Shown one piece after another: positions 45,023 through 56,684 of a stretch of 64,000 nucleotides of DNA. The notes under the pieces are model-generated. The model ran no database searches and was not told where the DNA came from. It saw only the letters and a list, made by a program, of their open reading frames with translations. Source of the stretch: an uncultured Gemmatimonadales bacterium (GTDB taxonomy: Bacteria; Gemmatimonadota; Gemmatimonadetes; Longimicrobiales; Gaopeijiaceae); assembly GCA_963823035.1 (NCBI GenBank), contig CAWGKG010000020.1, positions 256,001 through 320,000 on the forward strand. The letters run 5' to 3'. Position 1 is the stretch's first letter; every line of letters begins with the position of its first letter. The translations under genes and the position numbers were made by a program.

Positions 45023-47142
45023 CTAGTCCCCTTCCGCCGGTGCCTTCCTGCGGGAAGAGGCGATCGTACTCGAGCTCGTGCTCGTGCTTCAACCGGTGCA
45101 CGTCCATCTTGCCCGTGAAGATCGAGGTGTCGAGCGGGAAGACCTCGGGGCGGAAGATCACCCCGTAGGAGTGCCAGAGGATCACGACCATCACCGCGAA
45201 GGTCGCTTCCAGCCCGTGCATGAGCCGCATGATCGCGATGAGGAGGCCCGGCAGGTACTGGCTGACGAGCTCCGGGAACATCAGGACCGTCCCGGTCGTG
45301 CTCATCACGATGCCGCCCAGGAACAGGCCCCAATACTCGAACTTCTCGGAGAAGTCGAACTTGCCGACGCGCGGGCGCGGCGAACCGAAGAGGTAGTGGC
45401 GGAAGGTCTGCAGCACGTCCTCGAAGTCCTGCCGCGTCGGCACCATGGCCGGAAGCCGGTGCTCGCGGACCGCCTTCACGACCGCCTTCGTCACGTGCGC
45501 CAGCATGAGCGCGACGAAGAGGACGCCGGCCGTGCGGTGGATGATCCGTGTCGTGCCGATGCCGCCGAAGAAGTCGATGATCGCCCGCGCGGCGCCGAGG
45601 TCGGGGCGCGTTTGGGGCAGGCCGGTGATCACCAGCATGAGGAAGGTGGCCATCGACCCGAAGTGCTCCAGGCGCTCGGTCACGCTGAAGCGCGTGACCG
45701 TCTGGGGCTTGGGCATGCGCTTGCCGCGCAGCCGCGCCAGGAGCCGACGCATGCCGGCGGTCCGCATCACCCGCGCGCCGTCCCGGCGCTGGTCGATCAG
45801 GTGGAAGATGATGTTCAGGAACAGCCCGGTGAGCATGAAGGGGATGAGGAAGTAGTAGAAGCTCTTCACCGCCCAGATGAGGATCTGGTTGTCGGGACCC
45901 GCCGGCGCATGGCCGAGCCACGCGCCCGCGAGGCGCTCGTCACCTTTTTCGTGGCAGCGCAGGCACACGTCCGCGACCACGTCGCTCTCCTTCCATCCCA
46001 CCTGCGTGCGCGCCGTGGCAGTCCGAGCAGACCATCACGGCCGGGTAGTTGCCGCCGACCTGGTCGGCGAGGAACTGCATGGTCGCGCCGTGGAAGTCGT
46101 CTTCGTACGACTTCGTCACCGTCTCGGTAAGGCCGTACTTCTCGATCTTCATTCCCTCGGAGTGGCAGGCGATGCAGCTCTCGGTCGCCTTGCGCCGAAG
46201 GAGCGTGCGCTCCTTGGACGGCTCCACGTGCGTGGTGTGGCACGTCAGGCAGTTGCGCAGCGCCGCGGCGTCCTCCTCGCTGAGGAACTTCGCGTGGCCA
46301 CCCGTGAGGACGCCGTTCATCGCGTCCTCGTGGCAGGAGGCGCAGCGCGCGGACATCTCCTCGCCCGACATCGCCACCGGGACGTCGCCCTGGAAGTCGT
46401 GGCAGGACAGGCACTCGACGTGCTCGCCCCGCATGTCCTCGAAGCCCGCGTGCGCGGGCGTCATGTCACCGTGGCAGGTGGAGCACTCCCCGTTGCCCGC
46501 CATGCGGATCGCCATCTCGGCGGGCCGCTCGGACTCGGTGTGGCAGCGCTGACACTGGAGGACGCCCTCGACGTCGTCGTGCGTGGGATGGACCTTCTCG
46601 TGGCACTGGAGGCAGCCTCCCACCACGTCGTGGTCGTGCGCGTCGAAGCTCTTCCCGGAGTGGGAGGTGTGGCACTCGGTGCACGAGGGCTTGTTCGGCC
46701 CTGCGTTCGCGTGCAGCGGGTGCTCCATCGTGGTGTGGCACGACGTGCACCTCGCCGAGATCTCCACGGCCGCCTCTTGCGGGACGGACGGATCGGAGTG
46801 GATCGAGTGGCAGTCGGTGCACCCTGGCGCATCTTCCGCGGCCACGTCGATGTGCGTGCCCGGCAGGTGACTCTCGTGGCAGCCCTTGCACGCCTCGATG
46901 CGACGCGCCTTCGCCGAGTCCGGGTCGTTGGTGAACCCACGGTGGTGGCAGGTCAGGCAGGAGATCGTGTCGGCGTGGGTAAGCGCATCGAGCTTGTCCA
47001 TCGCCTCCGTCCCGTGGCACTCCACGCACTTGGACGGGATGATCGACTCGCGCTCGGTGCGCGCATCCACCTGGCCCCTGGCCGAGTCCGGTGTCGCCGC
47101 CCAGGTCAGGGCGAGGACTGCCGCGACGATCGCCGTACGCAT
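45023..47142 (-). CDS. 15-heme cytochrome c fused to a cytochrome b (FdnI/HydC-type) membrane domain, CbcL-like (frameshift near 46000; 3' end approximate)
   Basis: Signal peptide; 15 CxxCH; then TM helices with ERLEH, IIHRTAG, KFDFSEKFEYW, LMHGLEA, ILWHSY. Confidence 0.85.
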
Positions 47143-47167
47143 GGCCGTCTTCCCTAGTTCCGGCGGC

Positions 47168-47812
47168 TCAGGTCGCCGCCGGCTTGAAGGTGTTCCACAG
47201 GCTCTCGCCCAGCATCCAAAATAGCGCCCCGAAGCCGATGACGGGGAGAAAGACCACGAAGGCCAGCCCGAGCAGCGGCGCCGCCACCAGCCCCGTGAGA
47301 ATCTCCAGGGACCGGCGCAGCGCGCTCTTCGGTGCGACCTCGACCGCCTCCGCGACCATCGGTTCAGGCTCCACCGCCGCCTCCACCGCCTCCACCACCA
47401 CAGTCTCGGGTGTCGGGTCGGTGTGGATGAGCTTCAGGTGCGTGGCCGCCGTCACCACCGCCGCCAGCGTGTCCGGGCTGATGGGCTTGTTCAGGTAGTC
47501 GAAGGCTCCCAGCTCGCGCACCTTCCGCTCCACCTCGTCGTTCCCGTATCCGGTCAGCAGGATGAAGCGGGTCTCGGGCTGGGCGTCGTGCAGCCATTCC
47601 AGGAGCTCGATCCCGTCTACCCCGGGCATCCGCAGGTCGGACACGACCACGTCCACCGGCTTCGTCCGCAGCGTGGAAATCGCCTCCTGTCCGTTCTCCA
47701 CCGTGGTGACGTCGAAGCCATGCTCGGTGAGGTAGCGGTTCCAGCTGAGCCGGACGCCTTCCTCGTCGTCGACGAACATCACCCTGTTCGGTCTATCTGT
47801 CTGCGCGTTCAT
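47168..47812 (-). CDS. response-regulator receiver protein with C-terminal membrane anchor
   Basis: VMFVDDE, VVVSDLRMPGVDG, LLTGYG, YLNKP; hydrophobic tail LVAAPLLGLAFVVFLPVIGFGALFWMLG. Confidence 0.88.
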   Translation of the reverse strand: MNAQTDRPNRVMFVDDEEGVRLSWNRYLTEHGFDVTTVENGQEAISTLRTKPVDVVVSDLRMPGVDGIELLEWLHDAQPETRFILLTGYGNDEVERKVRELGAFDYLNKPISPDTLAAVVTAATHLKLIHTDPTPETVVVEAVEAAVEPEPMVAEAVEVAPKSALRRSLEILTGLVAAPLLGLAFVVFLPVIGFGALFWMLGESLWNTFKPAAT

Positions 47813-47860
47813 CTCTCTCTCTCCGTCAGCGGCACATGGACCCGGACTCCTGCCTCGTCC

Positions 47861-48263
47861 TTACGAGGCGATCCACCGGGTCCTCTCATGCAGGGTATTC
47901 ACGACCGAGGCCAGCTGGTCTGCCCCTTCTTCCGTCGCAGCGTCCCAAAGCAGCCTGACGCCGCAGGCGGTGAGGTACTCGGCGATGGGCAGCGGCGGCG
48001 GCGCGTCCAGCACCGCTACCTTCTGCATCGCCGGGTACTCCAGGCTCATCCGCCCGAGCGTGGCCAGGAGGATCCCCTTGGGAAGGGGATGGAAGTGCAG
48101 AACGAGCACGGAGATCGACGACAGCGGCCGCCGCCGCACCATCTCCGCCACGGCTCGGATACCAAGCCGCGGGACCGGTGCGGGCGGCAAGTCTCTCCGC
48201 CATTCCCGGTGCTCCTTCTGCGTCCGAGAGCAGGACCGTGGATCCCTCATTCCTGGTTGACAC
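47861..48263 (-). CDS. hypothetical protein (frameshift near 48160)
   Basis: MSTRNEGSTVLLSDAEG... joined to ...ISVLVLHFHPLPKGILLATLGRMSLEYPAMQKVAVL; first gene after the sigma-54 promoter. Confidence 0.55.
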
Positions 48264-48332
48264 CGCTCTATCCTCCTGCGGCCTTCGCCGCGAGTCGCCG
48301 CCGGCCTCGGCCAGCGTCCGTACGCCTCATGA

Positions 48333-48348
48333 AGCAAGGGCCGTGCCC
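48333..48348 (-). promoter_or_regulatory. sigma-54 (-24/-12) promoter
   Basis: Minus strand GGGCACGGCCCTTGCT = GG-N10-GC, close to consensus TGGCAC-N5-TTGC; next to a GAFTGA activator gene. Confidence 0.8.
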
Positions 48349-48351
48349 ACT

Positions 48352-48370
48352 TTGTACCAAAACGGTACAA
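48352..48370. promoter_or_regulatory. palindromic NtrC-like binding site
   Basis: TTGTACC-AAAAC-GGTACAA; related TGTA-N9-TACA at 48561-48577 and TGTAT-N9-ATACA at 48446-48464. Confidence 0.55.
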
Positions 48371-48588
48371 GCCCGTAAGATGCTGTGGCGTAGAGGATTA
48401 CAGTGTCTGGAGCAGGATGGGACACGGAGAGCTGGAGACCCCGAGTGTATGTCTCCCATATACAGCGCCGGCCACCGCCAGGAGACGGTGGCCGGCGCGA
48501 TCTCCGGAAAGTCGTTGCGGGAGAGGGATTCCGTAGATCTACGGAGGAGCGGCGGGCATGTGTAGGTGGGTCATACACCCAGGAAACA

Positions 48589-50048
48589 TCAATCGGGAGT
48601 AGGCGTTTCCTCCTCCGAGCCTTCCCCGTCGTGGTCCGGGCTGGTGATCCCGTGCTTGCGCATGAGGGCGTGGAGGTTGGGGCGAGCCATCCCGACGTTG
48701 CGGGCGGCCTGGGAGACGTTCCAGGCCGCCGCGCGCAGCGCCTTGAGGACGAACAACCGTTCGATGCGCTCCACCGCGCCGGCGCGCAGCTCCTGCTTCC
48801 TCTCGGCCAGGGCGGAGGCGTCGTCGGGGACCTCCTCCCACATTCCGCTCGCCTGCTCGGCCCCGGAGGGAATGGCCTCCAGGTCGATCGTGCGGCCGTC
48901 CGCCAGGAGGACCGCGCGCTCCATGGCGTGTTCGAGCTCGCGCACGTTCCCGGGCCAGTCGTGCGCCTCCAGGAGGGCCATCGCCGGTGGGGTGATGACC
49001 TCGATCTGCTTCCCGAACTCCTCCGCGAACCGCTGCACGAAGTGGTGGGCGAGGAGGGGGATCTCCTCGCGGCGGTCCCGGAGCGGAGGGAGCCGGATCG
49101 TGAACACGCTGAACCGATAGAAGAGGTCCTCGCGGAACGAGCCCTCGTCGACCAGCTCCTGCAGCTCCCGGTTGGTGGCGGCGATCAGGCGCACGTCCAC
49201 GGACACGGGCTTGTCGGAGCCCACCGGCCGGATCTCCCGCTCCTGGAGGAGCCGGAGGAGGCTTCCCTGCACCTGCGGCGAGATGGTGCTGATCTCGTCG
49301 AGGAAGAGCGTGCCTCCCCGCGCGGTCTCCGCGAGCCCCTTCCGGTCCTTCACGGCGCCCGTGAAGGCGCCGCGGATGTGGCCGAACAGCTCCGACTCGA
49401 GGAGCGACTCGGAGAGCGACGCGCAGTCGGCGACCACGAACGGGCCGTCCTTGCGGGCGGAGTTGTAGTGGATGGCCCGTGCGATCACGTCCTTCCCGGT
49501 GCCGGTCTCGCCGGTGATGAGCACGGTGCTCATCGTCGGGCGCCACCCGCTGCACGAGCTGCATCACCTTGTGCATCTGCGGGCGACGTGCAGATCACGT
49601 TGCCGATGCGGTGCCGTGTCTCGAGCTCGGAGCGGAGGCGGCGGGTCAGGTCCACCAGGTGCTTGCGCTCGAGGGCCCGCGCCGTGGCCACCAGGAGTTG
49701 CGGTGGGCTCACCGGCTTCTCCAGGTAGTCGAAGGCCCCCAGCTTGATGGCCTCGACGGCCGTCTCGATCGTCGCGTATCCGGTGACGATCAGGACCTCC
49801 GTCTCCGGAGAGACGTCGCGTGCCGCCTTGAGCAGCTCGATGCCGTCCATCTCGGGCATCTTGATGTCGAGGAGGAGGAGGTCGTAGCGCTCCTTGCGGA
49901 GCATGTCGAGCCCCTGCTTCGACGACGTGGTGGTGGCGATGTCGTAGCCCTCCTCCGACAGCACCCTGCGGATGCTCTCGCAGACCACCTGCTCGTCGTC
50001 CACGGCGAGCACCCGCGGTGGCTCGATCCAGCTCTGTACGTCGTCCAT
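48589..50048 (-). CDS. NtrC-family sigma-54-dependent response regulator (frameshifted near 49530-49580)
   Basis: REC domain (VLAVDDE, LLDIKMP, YLEKP); [39 protein letters not shown]; Fis-type HTH. Confidence 0.95.
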
Positions 50049-50070
50049 GGGCGTTCGGTCTCTTCCGTCT

Positions 50071-51694
<1,624 letters not shown>

Positions 51695-51767
51695 GAAATA
51701 CCCTCCGAGGCGACGGAGGGTCGCTATCTCGAAAGCTCCCCGGAGCGCGGGGGAGCGTCAAGTCGGG

Positions 51768-51795
51768 AAAAGCCTGAAACGTCTGAACTTCAGGC
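51768..51795 (-). terminator. candidate intrinsic terminator of the Ku/TPR operon
   Basis: Minus strand gcctgaag-ttcagacg-tttcaggc followed by tttt. Confidence 0.55.
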
Positions 51796-51813
51796 GTCCC
51801 GGAGGAGGCGCGG

Positions 51814-52677
51814 TTACGCGCCGAGGCCACCCCGGTCCAGGATGCGCTTGTAGGCCGCCAGGTGCGCGAGGGCGTCGCTCGGGCGCCCGAGTGCCTCATG
51901 GAGCCGGGAGAGGTTGAAATGGGCCACGGCCAGCTCGGCGTCGAGGCGGAGCGCGGCCTCGTAGGCCTCGACGGCGCCGGCCCGCCTGCCCTGGTCCTCC
52001 AGCGCCACGCCCAGGTTGTAGAACGCCCGCGCGCTGGCCGGGTCGGAGGCGAGAGCCGTCCGGTAGTGGGCCTCGGCCTCCACCACCTCCCCGTCCTCGT
52101 GCAGGAGCCGGCCGAGATTCAGGTGGGCTTCGGCGTGGCCCGGATCGAGCGCGAGCGCCCGCTCGTAGGCCTGCTTCGCCCGCTCCGGCGCGTCCCCCTC
52201 GAGATCCACGGCCGTGTCGTACCACTCGTCCGCCGTGGCGGGTGCGCCGGAGGAGGGGAGGGGCTCGCGCACCGCGGACGCTCCGCCGATGCTCCGCACG
52301 ACCGAAGGTGACGGGTCGGCGGGCGGCGGTGCGTCGAGCGCCATCAGCAGCTGACCCGAGCTCGGGTCCCACACGCGCCCCTCTTCACGGATCAGGACCT
52401 GGTCGCCCAGGGCCACCATGTGCACGGCCGAGAGAGGCCGGCCGCCGGGGATCTGCTCACGCAGAGCCTGCAGCGTGCGGCGGACGCGCAGCGCGGAGAC
52501 GTCGGCGTCCAGAAGCTCGCGTGCGGCGCGCAGGAGGGCGATGTCCTGGAAGGAGAAGAAGTAGGCGCCCCGAGGTCCGCGCACGGGCGTGAGGAGGCCG
52601 GCGCGCGTCCAGGAGAGGATCGTGGAGGTGGAGAGGCCCAGGACCTCCGCGACCTCGCGGGTGGAGTAGCCGGTCAC
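51814..52677 (-). CDS. MerR-type HTH plus tetratricopeptide repeat protein
   Basis: YSTREVAEVLGLSTSTILSWTRAGLL...FSFQDIALLR; TPRs AHLNLGRLL, AFYNLGVAL, AHFNLSRL. Confidence 0.85.
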   Translation of the reverse strand: MTGYSTREVAEVLGLSTSTILSWTRAGLLTPVRGPRGAYFFSFQDIALLRAARELLDADVSALRVRRTLQALREQIPGGRPLSAVHMVALGDQVLIREEGRVWDPSSGQLLMALDAPPPADPSPSVVRSIGGASAVREPLPSSGAPATADEWYDTAVDLEGDAPERAKQAYERALALDPGHAEAHLNLGRLLHEDGEVVEAEAHYRTALASDPASARAFYNLGVALEDQGRRAGAVEAYEAALRLDAELAVAHFNLSRLHEALGRPSDALAHLAAYKRILDRGGLGA

Positions 52678-52699
52678 GGGATCGGCCGGCGGAGGAGCG

Positions 52700-53575
52700 T
52701 CAGCCCGACGCGGCCTTCTTGCGTGAGGACTTCTTGGCTCCGGACGACTTCCCGGCGTCTTTCTTTTCGGCACTGGTCGCGGGCTTGCGGCCCTCCTCCT
52801 CTTCGGATTCGGCCAGGGACGCCTTGAGGGCGGCCATGAGGTCGATGATCTGCGTCTTCGATTCCTCGACGGGCGCCGCGGAGATCTCGTGCCCTTCGAC
52901 CTTCTGCTGGATCAGCTCCAGCGTCTTGTCGTAGACCTCGTCCTTGTAGGCCGAGGCGTCGAACGCGTCCGTGGCTGCCTGCTCGATGAGCTGCTTGGCG
53001 AGCTGCAGCTCGGCCTCCGCGACCTCACCCTCCTCGAGGGGCACTTCGTCGAAGCTCTTGATCTCGTCGGCGTAGTAGAGCTGCTCCAGGAGCAGCCCCT
53101 CCTCGTACGGGCGGACCATGACCAGGTACTCCTTGCCCCGCGTCGCCTGCTTGGCGATCGCCACCCGCCCGGTCGCGAGCATCGCGGCCGAGAGCAGCCG
53201 GTAGGCGCGGGCCCCACCCTTGTCGGGTCCCAGGTAGTAGGCCTTGTTGACGTAGAGCCGGTCGACCTGGTCTTCGGGGACGAAGCCGACGATGTCGATC
53301 GAGTCGGACTTCGGCGCCTCGAGGACCTTCAGCTCCTCGTCGTCGAAGAGCACGTACTGCCCCTTGGCGAACTCGTAGCCCTTCACGATGTCCTCCCGGG
53401 GGACGACCACGTCCTCCGTGGGGCAGATGTACTGCTGACGCACGCGGGTGCCGCACTCCTTGTGGATCATGTTGAAGGAGATGCGACGCGAGGACTCGCC
53501 GGTGGAGTAGAGCTTCACCGGGAGGGAGACCAGCCCGAAGGCGATCGTCGAGGTACCTAGGGCGCGGGCAGACAT
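52700..53575 (-). CDS. ku: non-homologous end joining protein Ku
   Basis: TIAFGLVSLPVKLY, ISFNMIH, DIVKGYEF, YYLGPD, AYRLL, LYYADEI, IIDLMAALKASL, basic tail. Confidence 0.95.
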   Translation of the reverse strand: MSARALGTSTIAFGLVSLPVKLYSTGESSRRISFNMIHKECGTRVRQQYICPTEDVVVPREDIVKGYEFAKGQYVLFDDEELKVLEAPKSDSIDIVGFVPEDQVDRLYVNKAYYLGPDKGGARAYRLLSAAMLATGRVAIAKQATRGKEYLVMVRPYEEGLLLEQLYYADEIKSFDEVPLEEGEVAEAELQLAKQLIEQAATDAFDASAYKDEVYDKTLELIQQKVEGHEISAAPVEESKTQIIDLMAALKASLAESEEEEGRKPATSAEKKDAGKSSGAKKSSRKKAASG

Positions 53576-53583
53576 GGTCCGGG

Positions 53584-53595
53584 GAACATATGTTC
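53584..53595. promoter_or_regulatory. LexA/SOS-type box GAAC-N4-GTTC upstream of ku
   Basis: Perfect palindrome GAACATATGTTC, 8 nt upstream of the ku ATG and overlapping a likely -10 element. Confidence 0.6.
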
Positions 53596-53678
53596 ACGCT
53601 CGGGCGACGCGCAACGAAAATCGATCGTCCGTGCGGGGCCCCGCGGCCGGTGTCGCGCCCCTCCGCCTCGGCGGCGGC

Positions 53679-55551
53679 TCAGCGTCCCTCCGGCCTCCAC
53701 TCCGCGGCGAGCAGGAAGGGTGCCACGCTCGGGCTGGCGGCGGTGGTGCCCCAGATCCGCACGAAGCCCGTTCCTGGAGGGCCGCCGTAGCGTTTGCGCC
53801 ACGCCGCGTAGGCCCCGTTCTCGTCGACGGCAAGCGGTTCCAACCCTGCCTGGGCCGGCACGTTCCAGTTGGAGATCCATGCCGCGGGAAGCCCGAGGCG
53901 GAGGCCCTCCTCCGTGCTCCACGCCCCGGTTCGGTCGAAGATCGCTCCGGAGATCGAGATGCCGAGGAGCCGCTTCCGGCCGCTCCCACGCGACCTGGTC
54001 CAGCCCACCCGGGTTCCCGGTGGCGGGATCCCGGCGCCAGGCGTCCGGCGGGACGGACGCCCACACCACGGTCCCGCCCGCGTCCAGGTAGCGGCGGAAG
54101 AGGGAGGTCGGGCCGCCCTCCCGAAGGCTTTCGGGAAGCCAGCTCTGGGCGAAGACGACCGAGCCCGGGTCGCCCGAGTCGATGCCCTCCCTCATCCAGG
54201 TGGCGAGCGAGGGCACGTCGAGCGTCGTGTAGCCGGCGCGGGCGAGCGTGGACGCCACCTGGTCGCTTCCTGCGTACCAGCTCGCCGCCGCGGTCGTGGA
54301 GTCCCGGAAGACCGCGCGGCGGAGCGAGTGGCCGCCGCCGTCGCGCAGCGCGTAGAAGCCGCCGTCCTCCGTGCCGACGAAGAGGACGCCGTCATCGATG
54401 GTGGGTGAGCCGTGGCTGGACGCCGGCAGGGTGGTCTGCCAACGCACGGACCCGTCCCGCACGTCCAGGGCACGCACCACCGCGTCTCCGGCCGAGATGT
54501 AGAGCGTCGAGTCCACCACGGTGGGCGACGTCCACACGACGTTCTCCGTCATGACGCGCCAGACCTCCTCCCCGGTGGCCGCGTCCACAGCCTGGATCCA
54601 GCGCGCGTCCGAGCTGCCCGAGAAGACGCGTCCGTCCGCGACGGCCGGGCTACCGTTCACCCACGAGACCTCGTCGTCGTAGCTCCACAGCTCCCGGCCG
54701 GTCGCCAGGTCGAGCGCATACAGCCAGCCGTCGCGCGCGCCGATCAGGACCCGGCCGTCCGCCACGGTCGCCGACGACTGGACCGTCCGCCGGTCGAAGC
54801 CGAAGTCGCCCGAGAAGAGCGCCGCGCCGCGCGTGTCGTGCCGCCAGAGCAGCGCACCGGTGGCCGCGTCCGCGCAGTAGACCCGGCCGTCCGCGCTCCC
54901 GACCACCACCTTTCCCGCCGTCACGGCGGGTGTGGAGCGGATGCGCCCCTCGGTCGGCAGCGACCACAGCACGGTGCCGGTGGCCGGATCGGCTGCGCGC
55001 AGCACCCCGTCCGCCGCACCCCAGAAGACGCGCATCTCCCCGCCGACGGCGGCCAGCGTCGGGGACGACGCGAACACGTCGCCGCTCTCGTGCCCCCACG
55101 GCCACGGGATCGTCGGGCCACCGCGGTCCCGCCACACCCCCACCCCCGACGCCCGGTCCACCGCGTGGAGGGTGCCGTCCATGTCGGTCACGAAGACCAG
55201 GGAGCCCAGCACGGCCGGCGACCCGTGCGCCGGCGCCCCCGTCCGGTAGCGCCAGAGCTCCGTGCCGCGCACGCGGTCGAGGGCGTGCAGCCACCCGCCT
55301 GCGCTCCCCACGTAGACCACGCCGTCCGCCACGGCCGGGGTGGAGCGAACCGGTCCGGGGAGTCCGACCCGCCAGAGGATCCCGCCGTAGCCGTCGAGGC
55401 CGTGCGTCGCGACCACGCCGGTGTGCGCCGGCCCTCCCCGGAACTGCGTCCGGACTTCGGGGAGCGCCTGCGGGGCGGCCGGTGCCGCGAGCGTCGAGAG
55501 GAGCGCGAGGGTCGCGCCGAGCGAACGGAGATGGGGGAGGATCGGGGGCAT
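53679..55551 (-). CDS. PQQ-like/BamB-type beta-propeller repeat protein with C-terminal extension (frameshift near 53980)
   Basis: Signal peptide; QFRGGPAHTG; repeated STPAV-x-DGVVYVGS...LHALD...G-x-ELW. Confidence 0.85.
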
Positions 55552-55663
55552 GGAGGTCGAATGCCTGGGTCGGGTCCGGAGACGTCTGGCGCACCCGGGG
55601 GCGTCCCGGGCGTCGGGGCCTGCGCGGCATCGTACGGTGCGAAGGCCCCGTGGATTCACCGTT

Positions 55664-55696
55664 CGCGACGAATCGCCACCCTCGCGCGGCGAATCG
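55664..55696 (-). promoter_or_regulatory. direct repeat with 21-bp period, candidate LytTR binding site
   Basis: cgcgacgaatcg (55664-55675) and cgcggcgaatcg (55685-55696); TACGAT -10 on the minus strand at 55634-55629. Confidence 0.5.
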
Positions 55697-55714
55697 AGCG
55701 CGCGGGTGCCGCAC

Positions 55715-56560
55715 CTACGCTTCGGCGGCCTTCCCGAGGATCCGCTCCAGCGCGCGACGGCGTGTTCTCGGGATGCGCAGCTCCGCCCCGTCGCTCATGA
55801 CCGCCACCCAGTCGCCGTGCTGGAACGGCTGGACCTCGCGCAGGTGCCCGAGGTTGACGAGGTGCGAACGGTGGATGCGCACGAACGTTCGGCTGGTCGC
55901 GAGCTTGCGCTCCAGATCCGACAGCGTCGCGCGCAACCGGTGCGGACCCTCCGTGGTATGCACGCGCACGTGGTCGCCGTCGGCTTCCAGGTAGCGGATC
56001 TGCTCGAGCGGCACGAGGCGCACTCGGTTGAGGCCGGGGACGGGGAGGGTGGCGGGGGCGGCGGAGGCATCGCCCTCGTCGGTCTCGAGGGCTCGCTCGG
56101 GACCGGGCTCCGTCTCGCCCTTCTCCGCCGCGGGGGCGCCTCGCCCCAGCCAGGCCAGCACCGCCCAGAGCAGAACGGCCGTGGGGGCGTAGCGGACGAT
56201 GCCTTCGCGTGTGTCCGTGAGCACCCAGGCCCACCCCATCCGCCCGGCGTCCGGCACGCGCAGGGCGAGGTTCGTGAGGACCAGCCAGCCGGCGAGCGCC
56301 GTGACGTGGACGGTCGCGTCCCGGGCCACCCGTCCTCCACGGAGGGGGAAGCGCATCCCCAGCCCCATGATGAGCGGTACGGCCACCACCCACATCGAGG
56401 CCGGCAGAACGCGCCCCCGGAAGAGGTGCGGAAGGGGCGCCGCCCCGCTCCAGCGCTCGAGGGCGATCTGTGCGGCCGCGGCGAGCGCGAGGGCCGCAGC
56501 GGCCCACGCGGCCCGCGATCTCGAAGGTGCGCCCCAACGCACCGGGTTCGACTCGTTCAT
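55715..56560 (-). CDS. membrane-bound LytTR-family transcriptional regulator
   Basis: N-terminal TM helices; IRYLEADGDHVRVH, RATLSDLERKL, FVRIHRSHLVNL. Confidence 0.88.
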   Translation of the reverse strand: MNESNPVRWGAPSRSRAAWAAAALALAAAAQIALERWSGAAPLPHLFRGRVLPASMWVVAVPLIMGLGMRFPLRGGRVARDATVHVTALAGWLVLTNLALRVPDAGRMGWAWVLTDTREGIVRYAPTAVLLWAVLAWLGRGAPAAEKGETEPGPERALETDEGDASAAPATLPVPGLNRVRLVPLEQIRYLEADGDHVRVHTTEGPHRLRATLSDLERKLATSRTFVRIHRSHLVNLGHLREVQPFQHGDWVAVMSDGAELRIPRTRRRALERILGKAAEA

Positions 56561-56684
56561 GCCTCTGATTCCGGGCGCGAAAGGAAAACGTTACACGCTG
56601 GCACGTCGGCGGGGCGCACCGTAGACTGCCCCCTCGGCCGCTGCTCGTGGCGGCCGCACATCGCACCAGGCGGGGGTGACCACG

